A stretch of DNA of 64,000 bases from Octopus vulgaris (taxonomy: Eukaryota): assembly GCA_951406725.2 (NCBI GenBank), contig OX597824.1:97216001-97280000 (forward strand), written 5' to 3'. Positions 25,195 through 41,652 of the stretch are shown piece by piece; the first letter of the stretch is position 1; each line of letters begins with the position of its first letter. A program made the translations under genes and the position numbers. The notes under the pieces were generated by a model. That model did not search any database. It was not told the origin of the DNA and saw only the letters and a list, made by a program, of their open reading frames with translations.

Positions 25195-27946
25195 GATTTG
25201 ATTTTGATTTTGATTTTTCCAGTTTCAGCTAATGAGCTGTGGCCATGCTGGGGCACCGCCATTTGGTTTGCTACACGGTTTTACCTCACGGATGCTTTTT
25301 AGCAAACGCCATCTGATGCATGAGAGAGTTCGATGCAGCTGCCCTCATCTGCACCTCCTGCCGTGAAGTTGGTTCATCCGGGGCACCTGACAGGAAGAGA
25401 TCCAGTCCTACTTTAAAGACATCCGCATCTACACCATGCAGGTCCCTCAGGTTCTTCGGGAGGATATTGAAGAGCCGTGGGCCTCTGAAGCCCAGGCTAT
25501 CACAATATCTTGTCCTACATCTTGATGGCAAATTTGGAGTCCTTGGTACTACGCAGTGGCGTCCGGTTCTGGCATTTGTGTAACTCTCGATGCCAAAGTC
25601 TGGGACAAGACCTTCCAGGATCTTCCAGATGTATATTATGGCATATCTTTCTCGTCTACGCTCCAGAGAATAGAGCTTTAATCTCTTGAGTCTTTCCCAG
25701 TAGCTTACATTCTGCACAGAGGCTATCTTCTTCGTGTAGCTTCGTTGGATCGCCTCAAGTTCTGTGATCAACTTGACACTGGATGGTGACCATAGCTGAG
25801 AGCAATAGTCAAAGTGGCTTAGGACAAGTGTCTTCCAGAGGACCATCATGGTTTCTTGTTCTCTTGTTCTAAAGGTTCTAAGAATCCATCCAGCCAGCCG
25901 TCTACATTTCATTGTCAGTTTAGCAACATGTACATGAAAGGTCGCGTCATCACTCATGTGAATACCCAGGTCTCGCACTGATTGTGCCTCTGGGATTGCA
26001 ATCCCTCCGGGTCCAGTGTATTCATTGGGTATTGCATTCAGTTTTGCATGCTGATAGTATAAAGCTTGAAACTTTTCAGCATTGAACTGCATGCTATTCT
26101 TTTCAGCCCACTTGTATATTTCGTCCAGCTCACATTGCAGGTGCTTAGTGTCTTCAGGGTTCTGTATTGCCTGTGAAACTTTTGTATCATCTGCGTAACT
26201 TGTGATCGTGGCTCTCTGCGTGGCTGAGGGCATGTCTGAGAGGGCCATTATGAACAGTAGTGGTCCCAAAACAGTGCCCTGCGGAACACCGCTCACTATT
26301 TGCGTGCTAATGGAAGTAGCCCCATTGGCTACTACCACCTGACTTCTATTCTTCAGAAAGTCATGAAGCCATTCTCCCAGTTTTCCAACTATGCCAAGAT
26401 CACGCAGTTTGTGACATATCATTCCATGATCGACTTTATCGAAGGCCTTTGCGAAGTCGAGATACATGACTTCCACATTTGAGTGGTTGAGCAGTTGTTT
26501 CAGCACCCAGTCATAGTGTTGTAGGAGCTGAGTTAAGCAGCTTCTTCCTGGTCGGAAACCATGTTGGGCGTCAGGCAGCAAGTCATTTTCTTCAAGGAAG
26601 GTGATTAGTTTCCTTCTGACTATTCGTTCCATGACCTTGCTGATGTGTGAGGTCAGAGAGATAGGTCTATAGTTCTTGGCTTCCGCTCTGCTACCTCCTT
26701 TATGAATGGGGCATATTTTACCTTCCTTCAGTTTTCTTGGAAGTTTGCCAGCTGCAAGGAAGCTCTGAAAGAGGAACTGCAGTGGTCTTGCTAGGACTCT
26801 CTTACATACTTTTAGGAGGATTGCCGGGAATCCATCGGGGCCAATAGCTGAGTCTGTTTTCGTTTCATCTATAGCCTTTATTACATCGTCTTCCTTTATA
26901 TCGATGTAATTTATCGTCGCCGCCTCTGATTCTATATCTGCAGTGGTAAAGAAGTCAGTTGGATTGGTGGTTTGGAAATGCCCAAGGGGTGGAGTGAAAA
27001 CACTCTTGAATTGTTCATTCAGTATTTCACTTACCCTCATTGGTTTTCCTGTGAGTGTGCCATCCTTTTCAAGGAGTGGCCCTATCCTACAGTGCACCGT
27101 AGCTGTTTCTTTGGCATACCTGTAGAAAGCTCTGGGGTTAGTTTTTATGTTGTCTATAGCCCAGGCTTCTTCGTCTGCTCTTTCCTTCTCATGGGAGAGT
27201 TGCAGACAATTTTCAATTTCCAACAGTTTTATTTTCAGGCGGGACTTTTCACTGCTTTCAATTTGTTTGTTTAGGCGATTTGAAATTTTTGTACGCCGTC
27301 TCATTAAAATTTTCCTCTCTCTGGGGATTTTGTTCTTGTGTACAGTGGCCTTTCTCTCTGGGACACATTTGTAGCATATGGCTTGCATTACAGACATGAA
27401 TTGTTGAAGTATCATGTCGATGTCCGGCGAGGAGAGACATTCAGGCCAGTTTTGTTTGAGGATCTCGCTGGAAAGATTCTGAGGGTTTCTTGTAGGCTGC
27501 ATGTCCGTGCTCTCTTTTGGCCCGTACATGGTCAGCTCTACCATATTGTGATCCGAGAGTAGTGTCGGTGTCACTTTCACATTATGGATGAGATCCATAT
27601 TATTTGTGAAGCAGAGATCCAGTGTGTTACCTGCCCTGGTTGGTTGGAGTATTACTTGCTCCATGTACAGGGTGTTGATGAGGTTCAGGAGGGACCTTGC
27701 CTGTCCTCGTTCACATCTTGTCATTCCTGGGACAGAAAGGCCCTCGGGACATCTGACATTGGGTAGATTGAAGTCTCCCATGAGAGGTACACTTATGTGC
27801 TGTTCTAGTGTGACTAGAACTTCTTCTATTTTTATAAGGCAGTCCTCAAACTTGCCCATATGGCTTGGGGCATCTGGAGGGCGATATGTAGCACACACAA
27901 CTACATCAAGTTGCCTTATGTGTACAATTAGTGTGTCACACACCGA

Positions 27947-27948
<2 letters not shown>
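25195..27948 (-). mobile_element. CR1-group LINE copy A, 5'-truncated, with (AAAATC)n tail, inserted in (TA)n
   Basis: Open ORF2, short 3' UTR and tandem-repeat tail; (TA)n directly abuts both ends. Confidence 0.95.
25286..27948 (-). CDS. LINE ORF2, N-terminally truncated (APE endonuclease C-half plus reverse transcriptase)
   Basis: Motifs YRPP, MGDFN, SDH, NYRPISLTS, QHGFR, LDFAKAFDKVDH, GVPQGTVLGPLLF and YADDTK in one uninterrupted frame. Confidence 0.9.
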
Positions 27949-28005
<57 letters not shown>

Positions 28006-28065
28006 CATTTCGGAGATGTACTTGCATAGCAAGTGACCTGATCTGAGATCGTGTGCTGGAATGAA

Positions 28066-28137
28066 AAAAGTTGCAGCGTTCACTGACAAAATTCCGTGCT
28101 GCAGCACAGAATTTTGTCAGTGAACGCTGCAACTTTT
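28066..28137. repeat. 72-bp spacerless palindrome with one mismatch
   Basis: aaaagttgcagcgttcactgacaaaattccgtgctg|cagcacagaattttgtcagtgaacgctgcaactttt. Confidence 0.95.
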
Positions 28138-28654
28138 ATCCAAGGGGCAAAAGTATAATTGGAAAGTTACTTGTCATATGACAAGTCTTTAGAATTATAA
28201 TTCAAAATTCAAATTTCTTCTACTTACATTTTCGCAAAATAAAACATTGAATTCCAATAACTTCCTAACGAAAAAATGCTCGGAATGCACAGATTGTACC
28301 ATTAAGATTATAAGAGAAAAGAGAACGACTTGAAACAAGAAAGAATTATCCAGAAAATGTTTGTTTCACCAACAGATTGTCGTTGATGACATCGTTGATA
28401 ATGCGTGCTAGGAAATGTCTTATCAATTTAGCCTGACGCCAGAGTAATTCTCAAAGAGTCTTTGGTGACGAATCCAATATTTTGCTAACACTGTTAGTTC
28501 CAGTGACCAAACCTGATAAAAAAAATATTTGAAACTGAATTTGCCTCCTTTATAATTTCCTGCCGTTTTCATTACTAATAGGAATTTTGTGCCATCAATT
28601 GTGACGTTTATTGAATTGACACACACACACACACGCTCGAACATACTCACACGT

Positions 28655-29300
28655 ATGTATATAGATATATTTCATATATATATATGTATATTTATATGTT
28701 TATATATATATATATGTGTATGTATATGTATATTTATATGTTTATATATATATGTGTATGTATATGCATATATATATGTATATGTGTATATGTATGTATA
28801 TATCTGTGTGAATATATGCTTGTATATATGTGAATATATATGTTAGTATATGTGTGTATATATGTGTATATATATATATATGCATACATATGTGTATATA
28901 TATGCATATATATATATGTGTGTATATATATATACATATATATGTGTGTATATATATGCATATATGTGTGTATATATATGCGTATATGTGTGTATATATA
29001 TGTGTATATATGTGTATATATATGTGTATATATATGCATATATGTGTGTATATATATATATGCATATATGTGTGTATATATATATATGCATATATATGTA
29101 TATATATGTGTGTATGTGTATATATATATACACACATAGATGTATAAATTCCATATATATGTGTGTGAGTATACATAAACTCACACGCACGCACGTACAG
29201 ACACACACGTATACATTACTACATATGTATATGTATATATGTACCTACATATACAAATATATACACATACATTTATATATATACGGCCACACGCACAGAA
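28655..29300. repeat. Compound (TA)n/(TG)n microsatellite
   Basis: Directly visible repeat. Confidence 0.95.
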
Positions 29301-29632
29301 ACACACAAAAGACACATACATGCACAGATCTATTCGAATGATAGCAATGTTTACATGGATTTAATATTGAAAACAGATGTCTGACATCAAAATCGAACTT
29401 AATCACTTTACAGTGTCAACTGGTAGAGAACTTCTTTATGAAATTGCAAAGATTTAACCGAGAAGTCAAACAGACGTCGAGACACACGTCACTGGTGCAT
29501 GGCGGCGGTGGTGGTGTAGAACGGGGTCAGTGGGTTTGGAGGTGTAGTTACTCCATTCAGTGATCGTTGTTCTGCATTGTGTCAACAGATAACACACACA
29601 CAGGTATATATATATATACAAAATAAATATAA

Positions 29633-29685
<53 letters not shown>

Positions 29686-29899
29686 AAATACCTATAAATA
29701 TATATATATGTGTGTGTGTGTATGTATGGCTATATATATGTATGCATATATATATACATATACATATGTATATATATATGTACATATATATATACATATA
29801 TAGATATGCATATATATATATAAATATGTACCTATGTATGGATGTTTAAATATATTTTTAACCCAATACATATGTATATATATGTGCATATATATTGTG

Positions 29900-29938
<39 letters not shown>

Positions 29939-30768
29939 AATATAAATACATATATTTATGTGTATATATATGTGTGTGTACACATATCCGCATTCTTACA
30001 CAAGAACTCATAAATAGACCTTGAATGAGATGAAGAAAGTGAGAGAGAAGCAAAATGTAAATATACTTAAACACACACAAACATACATACACAAATACAT
30101 ACATACATACACACATATATATGCGTGCATATATGCACACACACAAATTCACACTCATTATAGGTATGTATACATTCATACATGCATATAGACGTGGGTC
30201 GTTTTGTGTTTGAGTGGATATGTCTGCGGTTAGGGGGAAAGAGGCGGTCGCGTATTTATTTTTTGTCTCGAACTTAAACGCCGTATTATCTTGAGGCTGA
30301 ACAAGGAGAATCAATAGAAAGAAGAAATTATATATCGATTATTTGATTATTTGCCAATTGAATCTCGATAAAATGAGACAAGATGAGCAATTCTATAATG
30401 TTACGGTGACGGTTACCTCCTGTCATGTAGACACTTGGACAGCGATAGTTTGAAAGGAAAGAAGTCACGTAAACTAAGTCAATTGTTTAATAGTACGAAA
30501 TTATCTCTCGTTAAGTATATCTTTTTTATGCAAGTCACGGAGATAAGCAATGTAGAATCTCGCTGAAATCCCGTGAGAACTCAACTGAAGATATAATGAA
30601 AGCTGAGAATTAACGTCTGCCCAGTAGCAAAGCACGCTTCTGCATTTTGTGAAAATGGCGGCAGTGTGTACCCTCTTAGCACATTTTTCACACACCTATG
30701 CGGAAGTATGTACATTCAATCAGACATACAGTGACACACACAAACACTTTCCCTCTCTTTCTCTCTCT

Positions 30769-31500
<732 letters not shown>

Positions 31501-32094
31501 GTTTTTATTAGACGTGCATATATACGTACATGAACGTAGCCCACACACTCACCCACGCAAACAACTAATCTGCAGAACATATCGTAAGGTTTCCTGTTTC
31601 AATTTTATGGAAATTACGATAAGTACTGGAGGACATCCAACGGCAACCATACGCACGCACGCACATATGCGTATATACACATGCATAAATATTGTTGTCA
31701 TACAGGTCTACGTAAGAGCTTACATGATATGTACAAGGAGGAGGAGGAGAAAGCAGAAAGAGAGAGACAGAGAGAGAGAGAGAGGCAGAGAGACAGACAG
31801 AGAATAGTAGAATACATGTTTGTACAAATAGATGTATCTTTAAGTACACGACTTCAAGACATTTGGGAAATTTTATTTAATGTCAATTGCACATACATTC
31901 TAATGAGTTCTCCACATGTATTCTTTAGATATTAATGCACTCTTTGTATTCTTTATACGCTGGAAGATGGAGGCAGTTTCGTCGCATTTTCGAAGCAGGT
32001 CAAACGACCGGTAAAAGAATGTGACGTCCCTTGGCACGTTCTCAGCGTAAGAAACTATTGGCAGCACATGAAATCATGTACTGTGTCTTATATG

Positions 32095-32456
32095 CAAACC
32101 CGGGAACCGAACTGATAATCCATTAATCGATAATTAACGGAGTTAGCATTTTCATCAACGATTTAAATTTTTAGTTAACTTTGGAAATCATTAATGGACA
32201 AATTAACTTCCGTTAAATTGAATTCAATTTAAGTTAACGGAAATTTCACAGTTTTTGCACTTTTAAATGTGTTTTTAGAGCAAAAAAAACAAACTTTTTT
32301 CTTTTTAGTATAATAAAAATTAACGTTAACAGTTTATCAGTAACTTCCGTTTAATTATTAAAAAATTAACTGATTAACGGTTATCGAAGTTAACTTTTAG
32401 ATTAACGGATTAAGGGTTAACGAAGTCAACTTTTCGATTAACGGTGCCCACGTTAT
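32095..32456. mobile_element. Probable hAT-type MITE with many gttaac/ttaacgg subterminal repeats
   Basis: Dense ttaacg/gttaac motifs in both orientations; imperfect termini cccgggaaccg and cggtgcccac. Confidence 0.55.
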
Positions 32457-32461
32457 GTTTT

Positions 32462-32522
<61 letters not shown>

Positions 32523-32706
32523 CTGCGGTTGTGTGTCTGCATATATAGTCGTCTGCCCAGTGGCAAAGCACGTTTCTCCATTTTACGAAAATGGCGGCGG
32601 TATATACACGCTTACTGAGTATGTTACACACTTATGTGAAAGTATATACGTTCATATATGTAGAATCAGGAAAACAATTAACCTTTGCTAACCAGAAAAG
32701 CCCGTG

Positions 32707-32775
<69 letters not shown>

Positions 32776-32782
32776 CTCTCAT

Positions 32783-32821
<39 letters not shown>

Positions 32822-32929
32822 GTGTATATATATGTGTACACAAATGTGTATGTATATAGATGTGTATATATGTACATATACTTATATATAAAGTGTATAT
32901 GTACATATATACTTATATATGAGTATATC

Positions 32930-32967
<38 letters not shown>

Positions 32968-32974
32968 TATATAC

Positions 32975-33178
32975 CGCGTGTGTACCGTTGGCGATTTTTT
33001 TTCTTCCTTCTTCCTTTCTCTGGATCTTTCCTTCTCCTATGTTTCTGACGATGAGCTCCGCTTGAAACGTAAAACCCTCCTTCTTCCCTTCCTTCCTGAG
33101 CGTCCAATAATACTATATTTGTTCCACGTCCTCACGTTGTTGTGTTTTCTCTTTGTGTTTTCATGTTTGGATTAACTT
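32975..33178 (+). mobile_element. Short (TA)n-flanked element with minimal hammerhead-like motif
   Basis: 33041-33075 reads GTTT-CTGACGA-T-GAGC-TCC-GCTT-GAAA-CG-TA-AAAC; (TA)n on both sides. Confidence 0.6.
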
Positions 33179-33729
33179 TATATATATATATATATATATT
33201 AATCAATATAGGGTGGCAAAAAATTTTGTAGAATTTTTTTGCCACCAGCGGCCTAGTGGGAAAAGATTAAATAGTCATAGACCATTTATAAGTTCAATAT
33301 CACAATCAAGGAACGGCCATAATAGGCCATTCACCCACTAGAAATAACAGCCAAAGCTTCAACCGCAAAATAACATTAATTCCGCAAACCAGGAGAAAAT
33401 TAAAAAAACATTTACCCTGTAATTTCTTATACGATGCACCGTTTCATCTATTGTTTAATGGTAAACTAACCTGATTAAATTAAATCAAGCCAATCTTCCA
33501 TAGGCCGATAGATTCGTCAGTAAGAAAACAGCCAGATCGGAACAGATATTTTCACGAGGCACTTCTCTCCCTGCCTCGGCAATATCGGCAGCAAATAAAT
33601 ATAAGCCGCCGATTCCATTACGGAATTAACCAGAAAATTCATAATTAATCAATATAGGGTGGCAAACAATTTTGTAGAATTTTCTCCTGGTTTGCGGAAT
33701 TAATGTTATTTTGCGGTTGAAGCTTTGGC

Positions 33730-34607
33730 TGGGGCATCTGGAGGGCGATATGTAGCACACACAACTACATCAAGTTGCCTAATATGTACAATTAGTGTGT
33801 CACACACCGAGTTTGAGTATGACAAGAGGACCTGGGGTGTGAGGTCCTCACGGATGTACATAGCAACACCTCCATGACTCCTTTCTTTCCTGTCGGTCCG
33901 TAGTACAGCATACTGTGGTATGTGTAACTCCGCATCTGCTATGTCCGGTTTCAGGTGCGTTTCTGTAAGTGCTATGCATAAGGCTTGATTGCATGCAACA
34001 AAGTCTCTCAGGAACGGGATCTTTGTCCTGTTACTGAGTGTTTGCAGTCCTCTGATGTTCAGTAGGAGTATCGAGGTGAGGTGTACGTTGTTGCCGGCGG
34101 TGTCCATCCTGTGTCTGTTTGCTGTGGTGGTCTGGTATATAGTGGGTAGTCCCACCTGCGGGCTTGGGTTTGATGAAGCCAGGTCAGCTGCTGTACAATC
34201 TTTTGTGCCATGCACAAAAAAGATTGTTGCTCAGCAGCTGCTCTTTCGACAACATCATGTTGGCTGTTTGTGGCGCGCACAACATCTGCGTACCTCCGCT
34301 TTGGGGCAGGTGGTGCGTGGTCCATCCCTTTTCTTTGTGTTGATGGTTTGTCCATCTGCCTCGTGTCTCTGTGGCAGGGTCCCTGATGTGCAAAGCGGCA
34401 GCCTGCACCTTCCTTTCCATGCCAGCAGGAACCTCTCAGGTAGAACATACACACCCGTGTGCGCTGTTTGGTTCCATCCTTTGCGGTTCCACTTCTATTC
34501 CTGGTTGTTTCACTCTTTGGTCCTGCTTGAGCTTTTTCTTTTCCTTTAGCTCTTCCAGTCCTTCTTTTAGTTCTTCTTCCTCCCTCTACCTCTTCACCGG
34601 GTTCTCC
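33730..34607 (-). mobile_element. CR1-group LINE copy B: ORF1 C-terminal part and ORF2 endonuclease N-half, broken at its 3' side
   Basis: ORF2 motifs NIRGL, LTETHL, RTDR, GGVAMYI and YRPP. The ORF1 frame (34059-34607) has [22 protein letters not shown]. 83 bp overlap with copy A. Confidence 0.92.
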
Positions 34608-36830
<2,223 letters not shown>

Positions 36831-36831
<1 letters not shown>

Positions 36832-39120
36832 TGATTGATTGATTGATTGATTGATTCTAGTTTCAGCTTATGAGCTGTGGCCATGCTGGGGCACCGCCAT
36901 TTGGTGTTGCCACTTGGTTTCACTTCATGGAGGCTTTCTAGCAACTGCTATTTGGTGCATGAGAGAGTTCGATGCAGCTGCCCTCATCTGCCCCTCCTGC
37001 CGTGAAGTTGGTTCATCTGGGACACCTGACAGGAAGAGATCCAGCTTCATTTTAAAGACATCTGTATCCACCCCATGCAGGTCTCTCAGGTTCTTCGGGA
37101 GGATATTGAAGAGCTGTGGGCCTCGGAAGCCCAGGCTATCACAGTATCTTGTCCTACATCTTGATGGCAGGTTTGGAGTCCTAGGCACCACGCAGTGGCG
37201 CCCAGTTCTGGCATTTGCGTAACTCTCGATGCCAAAGTTCAGGACACTTCCCTCCAGGATCTTCCAGATGTATATTATGGCATATCTTTCCCGCCTACGC
37301 TCCAGGGAATATAATTTTAATCTCTTGAGTCTTTCCCAGTAGCTTACATTCTGCATAGAGGCTATCTTCTTTGTGTAGCTTCGTTGGATCGCCTCAAGTT
37401 CTGTGATCAACTTGACACTGGATGGTGACCATAGCTGAGAGCAATAGTCAAAGTGGCTTAGGACAAGTGTCTTCCAGAGGACCATCATGGTTTCTTGTTC
37501 TCTTGTTCTAAAGGTTCTAAGAATCCATCCAGCCAGCCGTCTACATTTCATTGTCAGTTTAGCAACATGTACATGAAAGGTCGCGTCATCACTCATGTGA
37601 ATACCCAGGTCACGCACTGATTGTGCCTCTGGGATTGCAATCCCTCCGGGTCCAGTGTATTCATTGGGTATTGCATTCAGTTTTGCATGCTGATAGTATA
37701 AAGCTTGAAACTTTCCAGCATTGAACTGCATGCTATTCTTTTCAGCCCACTTGTATATTTCGTCTAGCTCACATTGCAAGTGTTTAGTGTCCTCAGGGTT
37801 CTGTATTGCCTGTGAAACTTTTGTATCATCTGCATAACTTGTGATCGTGGCTCTCTGCGTGGCTGAGGGCATGTCTGAGAGGGCCATTATGAACAGTAGT
37901 GGTCCCAGAACAGTGCCCTGCGGAACACCGCTCACTATTTGTGTGTTAATGGAGGTGGCCCCATTGGCTACTACCACCTGACTTCTATCCTTCAGAAAGT
38001 CATGAAGCCATTCTCCCAGTTTTCCAACTATGCCAAGATCACGCAGTTTGTGACATATCATTCCATGATCGACTTTATCAAAGGCCTTTGCAAAGTCGAG
38101 ATATATCACTTCCACATTTGAGTGGTTGAGCAGCCGTTTCAGCACCCAGTCATAGTGTTGTAGGAGCTGAGTTAAACAGCTTCTCCTGGTCGGAAACCAT
38201 GTTGGGTGTCGGGCAGCAAGTCATTCTCTTCAAGGAAGGTGATCAGCTTCCTTCTGACTATTCGTTCCATGACCTTGCTGATGTGTGAGGTCAGAGAGAT
38301 AGGTCTATAGTTCTTGGCTTCCGCTCTGCTACCTCCTTTATGAATGGGGCATATTTTACCTTCCTTCAGTTTTCCTGGAAGTTTGCCAGCTGCAAGGAAG
38401 CTCTGAAAGAGGAACTGCAGTGGTCTTGCTAGGACTCTCTTACATGCTTTTAGGAGGATTGCCGGGAATCCATCGGTGCCAGTAGCTGAGTCTGTTTTCA
38501 TTTCATCTATAGCCTTGGTTACATCGTCTTCATTTATATCGATGTAATCTATCGTCGCCGCCTCTGATTTTATATCTGCCGTGGTAAAAAAGTCAGTTGG
38601 ATTGGTGATTTGGAGATGCCCAAGGGGTGGAGTGAAAACACTCTTGAATTGCTCATTCAGTATTTCACTTACCCTCATTGGTTTTCCTGTAAGTGTGCCA
38701 TCCTTTTCGAGGAGTGGCCCTATTCTACAGTGCACTGTAGCTGTTTCTTTGGCATACCTGTAGAAAGCTCTGGGGTTAGATTTTATGTTTTCTATAGCCC
38801 AGGCTTCTTTGTCTGCTCTTTCTTTTTCATGGGAGAGTTGCAGACATTTTTCGATTTCCAACAGTTTTATTTTTAGGCGGGACTTTTCACTGCTTTCAAT
38901 CTGTTTGTTTAGGCGATTTGAAAATTTCGTACGCCGTCTCATTAAAATTTTCCTCTCTCTGGGGATTTTGTTCTTGTGTACAGTGGCCTTTCTCTCTGGG
39001 ACACATTTGTAGCATATGGCTTGCATTACAGACATGAATTGTTGAAGTTTCACGTCGATGTCTGGCGAGGAGAGACATTCAGGCCAGTTTTGTTTGAGGA
39101 TCTCTTTCTCAATTGTTTCC
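36831..39120 (-). mobile_element. CR1-group LINE copy C, 5'-truncated, (AATC)n tail, one frameshift near 38184
   Basis: Colinear with copy A. ORF2 is split into 38172-39120 and 36925-38145 by a 1-nt deletion (cttctcctgg versus cttcttcctgg in A). Confidence 0.95.
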
Positions 39121-39289
39121 ATATATATATGGTAGTATATATATGTATATATATGTCCGTGCTCTCTTTTGGCCCGTATGGTATATATGTTGTATATAGT
39201 GTATATATATGGATGAGATATGTATATATATGCCCTGGTATATATTATGTCCATGTATATGATAGGGACCTATGTCCTATATCATATAT

Positions 39290-39685
<396 letters not shown>

Positions 39686-39687
39686 TT

Positions 39688-39815
39688 AACCGTTTAGCAA
39701 AACACACCGATAGAATAAGTACTAGGCTTACAAAGAATAAATCCTGGGGTCGATTTCTTCGACTAACGGCGGTGCTCCAGCATGTTTGCCGTCACATGAC
39801 CAAAACAAGAGGAAC
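39688..39815 (+). mobile_element. 3' half of SINE family 1
   Basis: ccgatagaataagtactaggcttacaaagaataa...ggcggtgctccagcatg matches the family 1 3' region. Confidence 0.8.
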
Positions 39816-39838
39816 AAAAAAAAACTATACCATTCAAA

Positions 39839-39867
39839 CCCCGAGCAACGCCGGGTATCTCTGCTAG
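39839..39867 (+). mobile_element. Helitron 3' terminus remnant
   Basis: GC-rich hairpin cccgagcaacgccggg followed 8 nt later by CTAG and then T, the canonical Helitron 3' end layout. Confidence 0.65.
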
Positions 39868-39953
39868 TATGTGTGTATGTGTTTATATACGTGTGTGGTG
39901 TGGTCTGTGATTTATTGTGAATTGTGTGTAACCTTACTACGATCAAAAAGACA

Positions 39954-40009
<56 letters not shown>

Positions 40010-40025
40010 GTATGTGTGTGTATGC

Positions 40026-40059
<34 letters not shown>

Positions 40060-40449
40060 TGAGAAACGAAGCAGATATATAGGGAGCGCTAAAATCTAAA
40101 CCTATGTCTGTTGATTTCATCTCTAACTATATTCGATCGCCTAGAGGACCTTCTTTGATAATTGAGCTGAAAGATGATTATATATAGTGAGGCTGCATTT
40201 AGGATATCTTCATTTAAAAGACTTTAAGTTGGAATTCTATGCGCTATTCTTTCTATCTTTTCTTTTCTGACCAAAATTATATAGAAATCTCTGAATACGA
40301 AAAATGTAAAACAAAAAAAAAATGGCAACATGAAGGTGTACTTAAATGTGAGTTATTGAAAATCTGTGTTTAATTTTAATATTACCTGAAGAAATTGAAA
40401 CAAAAGACACGAAGATATAAAATAAAAAGAATGAGGGAATGTCGTTCTA

Positions 40450-40484
<35 letters not shown>

Positions 40485-40589
40485 ATAATTCACCGCAGTA
40501 CAAGTTCAAATATTAACTGAGAATCTATTCACACAGGCACACACATACGTACAAACACACACACTCATCATACAGGGAGGCACACAAAC

Positions 40590-40673
<84 letters not shown>

Positions 40674-40790
40674 CGTGTGTGTGTATACATATATATATAT
40701 ACACACATATATATATACACATATACATATATATATATACATAAATATATATATATATATACATACATATACATATATATATATATACGT

Positions 40791-40884
<94 letters not shown>

Positions 40885-40908
40885 ATATATACATATACAT
40901 ATATATAC

Positions 40909-40951
<43 letters not shown>

Positions 40952-40963
40952 TATATACATATA

Positions 40964-41041
<78 letters not shown>

Positions 41042-41057
41042 ATACATATATATATAC

Positions 41058-41088
<31 letters not shown>

Positions 41089-41499
41089 CATATATATACA
41101 TATATATACATATATATACACATACATATATATATACATATATATACATATATATACACACACACATATATATATATACATATATACACACACATATATA
41201 TACATATATATACATATATATATACATATATATACATATATATATATACATATATATACATATATATACACACACATATATATATATTCATATTTACACA
41301 CACATATATATACATGCACACACATATATATATATACACACACACATATATACACACACATACATATATACATATATATACATATATATATATATACACA
41401 CACACACACATAAATATATATACATATATATATATATATACACACACACACATATATATACATATATATATACACACACACACATATATATATATACAT

Positions 41500-41530
<31 letters not shown>

Positions 41531-41577
41531 CACACATATATATATATACATACATATACATATATATATATACACAC

Positions 41578-41652
<75 letters not shown>

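Noticed and set aside
27949-28132. N-terminal extension of the 948-aa ORF
   Set aside because: It runs through a TA tract and a palindrome, starts at a non-ATG codon, and is not LINE sequence.
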